Source: Lama glama
Taxonomy: Eukaryota
NCBI GenBank assembly: GCA_028534125.1
Contig: CM052828.1
Coordinates: 60,326,001 to 60,390,000, forward strand
Reading direction: 5' to 3'
Length of the DNA: 64,000 nucleotides
Made by a program: the position numbers and the translations under genes. Position 1 is the first letter of the stretch. Each line of letters begins with the position of its first letter. Below the pieces are notes generated by a model. It saw only the letters and a program-made list of their open reading frames with translations, was not told the DNA's origin and searched no databases. This document shows positions 60,821 to 64,000 of this stretch, piece by piece.

Positions 60821-63144
60821 GCCCCAAACCTCACACAGCTCTCTCCGGGCAAAGCCTGCAAGAGGCCTGGACTGCAGGGGTAGCGATTAGCAGGTGCTCA
60901 CAGGCCCCCGCCAGGGTCCGGCTGAGACCGCCTGCCCTCCCCACACCGGGGCGCCAGGACACAGGGCCTGCAGGAGGCCAGCGGCCTCCTCCACGACAGG
61001 GCCACCCCTCCAGCCCTTCCCGACGTCATGCTGTATTCTGATCCTTCAGTTCCTGGAGGCTCTGTTGGGGCAGGACGCAGAATCAGGGAGAAGCTGCTTG
61101 CCCGAGCACTGCCGTGAGACCCCGGTGTGAGCGGAGGGGGACAGTTGCTGCCAGGTGGCCTGTCCCCACGTCCCCTGACCGTCCGGGAGTAGGGCCCAAC
61201 AGGAAGAGGGGAGGCCTGGCTGTGGACAGAAGGGTGCAGCCGCGCTCGGCGGGAGCCTCCTCCCGGACGAGCAGCGTGGCTTTAGCTGCTGCGTGTAATG
61301 CGATAGTGGAGAAAGCACCACCACTGAGTCTCGGTGTTGGGGGCGGGGTGTGGCCGCGAGGAGGCCGGTGAGAACCGGCGCACAGCTGGGTGGGATCACC
61401 GCAGATGCAGGGTGTGGCCCCACAGTGGGTGCTGCGCGTGCAGACACGGACCCGGTGGCCCCGTCATCCCCTCCCTTAAGCCCTAGTGCCCACCCGCCGG
61501 TGAGAGGGGTAGGTGACAACTCAGGAGAGCACCCTGCTCCCCGCCCAAGTGCTTCAGAACCCCTGCCTGTGCCTTGTGGCGCAGTGGTTCTGGGGGGGCC
61601 TGGCGTGAGCGCAGGTTAGGGTGGGGGGACATCCTGATGCCCAGAGGAGCCAAGGTCTGTCCCGAGCCCCCTCCGGCCAGGCCAGTGCCCTGGGCCCCGC
61701 CCCTCTGCTCTCGTGTCTGGGTTCAGGTGCTCCTTTGTGGGTAAGAGCACCTCCTGGGCTAGGACATGTGCTCCGTGAGGATGGGGAGCTCTGGGGGCAC
61801 CCCTGGACTGGAGCAGAATCCCTGGGGCGTGCTGGGTGCTTAACAAAGAGCGAGGAATGAAAACCAGGGAGGGAGGGAGCACCCACCCTGGAGAAGACAG
61901 AGTCCATCTTGCGAAGCCCTGTCTTGGTGGGTGATGAGCAGTCTGTCAGCCAGACCAGGGTTCACATGCACCGACTGTGTTCTGGGACCCCAGCCTGCAG
62001 TTACAGGCAGAAGCGCTTTATCACTAAGGTACACAGTGATTCATGCTGAGAATGTAGTTAAAGTATCGTGGCAGTTTAAAAATGACACGCCATCAGGGTA
62101 ACGCAGCGGAGTGGCTCGTTGAGACTGAGCGCTTCCTGCTCGCCTGCAGCGCGGTCAGCGCATGACAGTGAGCGCTCTCGCCTGACACGTGGCTGCACAC
62201 GTGAATACACCACCTCACGTGCCACGCCTTGGACTCTGGGCAGGTGACCCTTGAAGATTGCTGTGGGACCCAGAGGTGTCTAAGGGCAGCGTCCTGAGTT
62301 CACCCTGGGTTTGAAGTCCCAGCCCCTGGAGGAGGGCAGCCTCCTCTGAACATCAGCCCTGGTCCGTCCGTCCGTGCGAAGACGTGCTGCACACCCGCTT
62401 GGCAACCTTTGCCTCTGTCCTTTTGCAGATTACACAGGTTGGGATTCTGAGACCCGAACGAGGCTCTGAGCCCTGTGCTGATGGCTGGGAGGGGTCTCAG
62501 GGACCCTTCGAGTGCAGCCGCGGAGGTAGGGGCCCAGGGGAGGGGGAGGGTTAGCCCCAGGCTCTGCCCTCCTGGTCCCCGCAGGGCAGACATGCTGGCC
62601 TGGAATCAGGGCTCGGCCGCTTCTCCACTTCGTAGGGGTCTGGGAACAACGATGTACGGTCAGTACCACCCAGAGCTCCCGACACCGACTGAGAACTTAC
62701 CCTGACCGTCCCACCACCTTGGCTGCCTCAGACTTTTCTGGGGGCTGTGTCAGGATGCGGATGCTGGCCCCTGGGGTTCTGGTCCCTGGGTCCAGCCCTC
62801 ATGGGCTCTAGGATGCCCCAGCTGCCGGTCTGGACGCCCTGGACACCTGCTGCCTCTGCGGGGTCGCACCAGCCCTCGCGCTGCTGACGCGCCGGGGCTC
62901 AGGCATCCGTCCCAGAGCCATCACTGTTATCCCTTTGTGTTAACAAGAAATAAGACAGGAAAAGAGAACAAAGACAAACCAGCAGAAAAGCCCAAGAGGA
63001 GAGTGACAGTTTGCTCAGGCGCCCACACCGGGCACTGACCTGCGGGCCTGGGTCCTCCCCTGGCACACCGAGGGCGGGCACAGGGGTTAACGCGGATCGA
63101 GACTGCCTCCCGGGCCTGAACCACCATGGCAGTGCTTCCCAGGG

Positions 63145-63497
63145 CCACGGTAGCTGCGGACACGAAGCACCACGGAGCGGGCGGCTTAACACCACCAACT
63201 GTGCTACAGAGTGGAAGCCGGAGCCCAGGCTGCTGACCCAGGCTGGGGGGCGGCAGTCCTCAGCTGGCAGACACGCAGCCTGATCCCTGCCTCCAGGTCA
63301 CGTGCGGCTTTCTTCGGGGGGAGTGTCTCCTCGGGACACCCGTGGTCACACCCGTGGCTGGAACAGGCCCAACTTGATGACCTCGTCTTAACTAACTTCA
63401 TCTGCCAACACAGCCTGTCTCCACTAAGTTCCTGCTCTGAGATTTTGGGGGCTTGGGGCTTCCACACATCCGTCTGGGAGACAGTTCAAGCCGTAAG
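63145..63497 (-). mobile_element. MLT1-family LTR
   Basis: 'caccacggagcgggcggcttaa', 'gatgacctcgtcttaactaacttcatctgc', 'ctgagattttgggggcttggggcttccacacat...ggagacagttcaagccgtaa'. Confidence 0.75.
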
Positions 63498-64000
63498 AGA
63501 GGGCATTTTGCATCACTAAGGCCTAGAACGTCCACTCAGCAGAGGCAGACCTCCTCATCCTGGGGCTCAGCCACGGCCCAGTTGCCTTCCGGTGGAAGTG
63601 CAGGCTGGCCTGACACAGGAGGAAGCCCCCCCGGCCTCTCCCCTTGCCCCAGCTCAGGCCTTCCCAGGGCTTCCTTCTTATCGGCCAAGCCTCCTGGAAG
63701 CCATAGCCAAGGGAGCCTGGGAGACGTAGTCCCCTGGGTCCAGACACAGCGGTGACAGGACCTGACCCTCCAGCAGAGGCTCAGACAGGTCCTTCCCACC
63801 TAAATTCCCCATCAGCCTCTGGGCTAATGCTGGCCAACACTTGCACGCCGAGCCTTCAGCTCCTGAATCCCATGCAGTTCCAGGTGGCACTGGAGGAGGC
63901 CCCTGACGGACAGTCCCGGGAGCTGAGCCCAGCCCAGAGCTGCCCCTGAACGTCTTCCTCAGCCAGCCACTCGGCCGGCCTATGCGATGCCCTGCGTCCC

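Noticed and set aside
1-64000. A novel multi-gene biological system or a named host gene
   Set aside because: No coding, operon-like or RNA-gene evidence; the host gene cannot be identified without an exon or a database search.

Overview
Mammalian (eutherian) genomic DNA, very probably camelid (camel/alpaca/llama), judged from a tRNA-derived Vic-1-type SINE at 54086-54218 and cetartiodactyl-type L1 3' ends. I found no recognisable protein-coding exon, RNA gene or CRISPR array. The supplied ORF track looks like chance open frames in GC-rich, stop-poor DNA, plus degraded L1 ORF2 fragments. The window reads as a large intron (most repeats lie antisense, suggesting a + strand host gene) or a gene desert in a GC/CpG-rich, subtelomere-like region. 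It holds old repeats (L1M, L2, MIR, MER20, MER58A, Tigger1, MLT1, two candidate solo LTRs), a 37-bp G-rich minisatellite, four N-runs and many non-repetitive AT-rich, homeobox-motif-dense blocks that look like conserved developmental enhancers. The most notable signals are: (1) an old L1 whose 3' part appears rewritten by A/T-to-G/C substitutions into a CpG island (58009-58760), as expected from GC-biased gene conversion, with smaller patches elsewhere; (2) all four N-runs sit inside unique enhancer-like sequence, suggesting that highly conserved elements were masked or lost in assembly. I see no support for a novel protein-coding system. Repeat calls come from remembered consensus sequences, not from a search, and boundaries are approximate.
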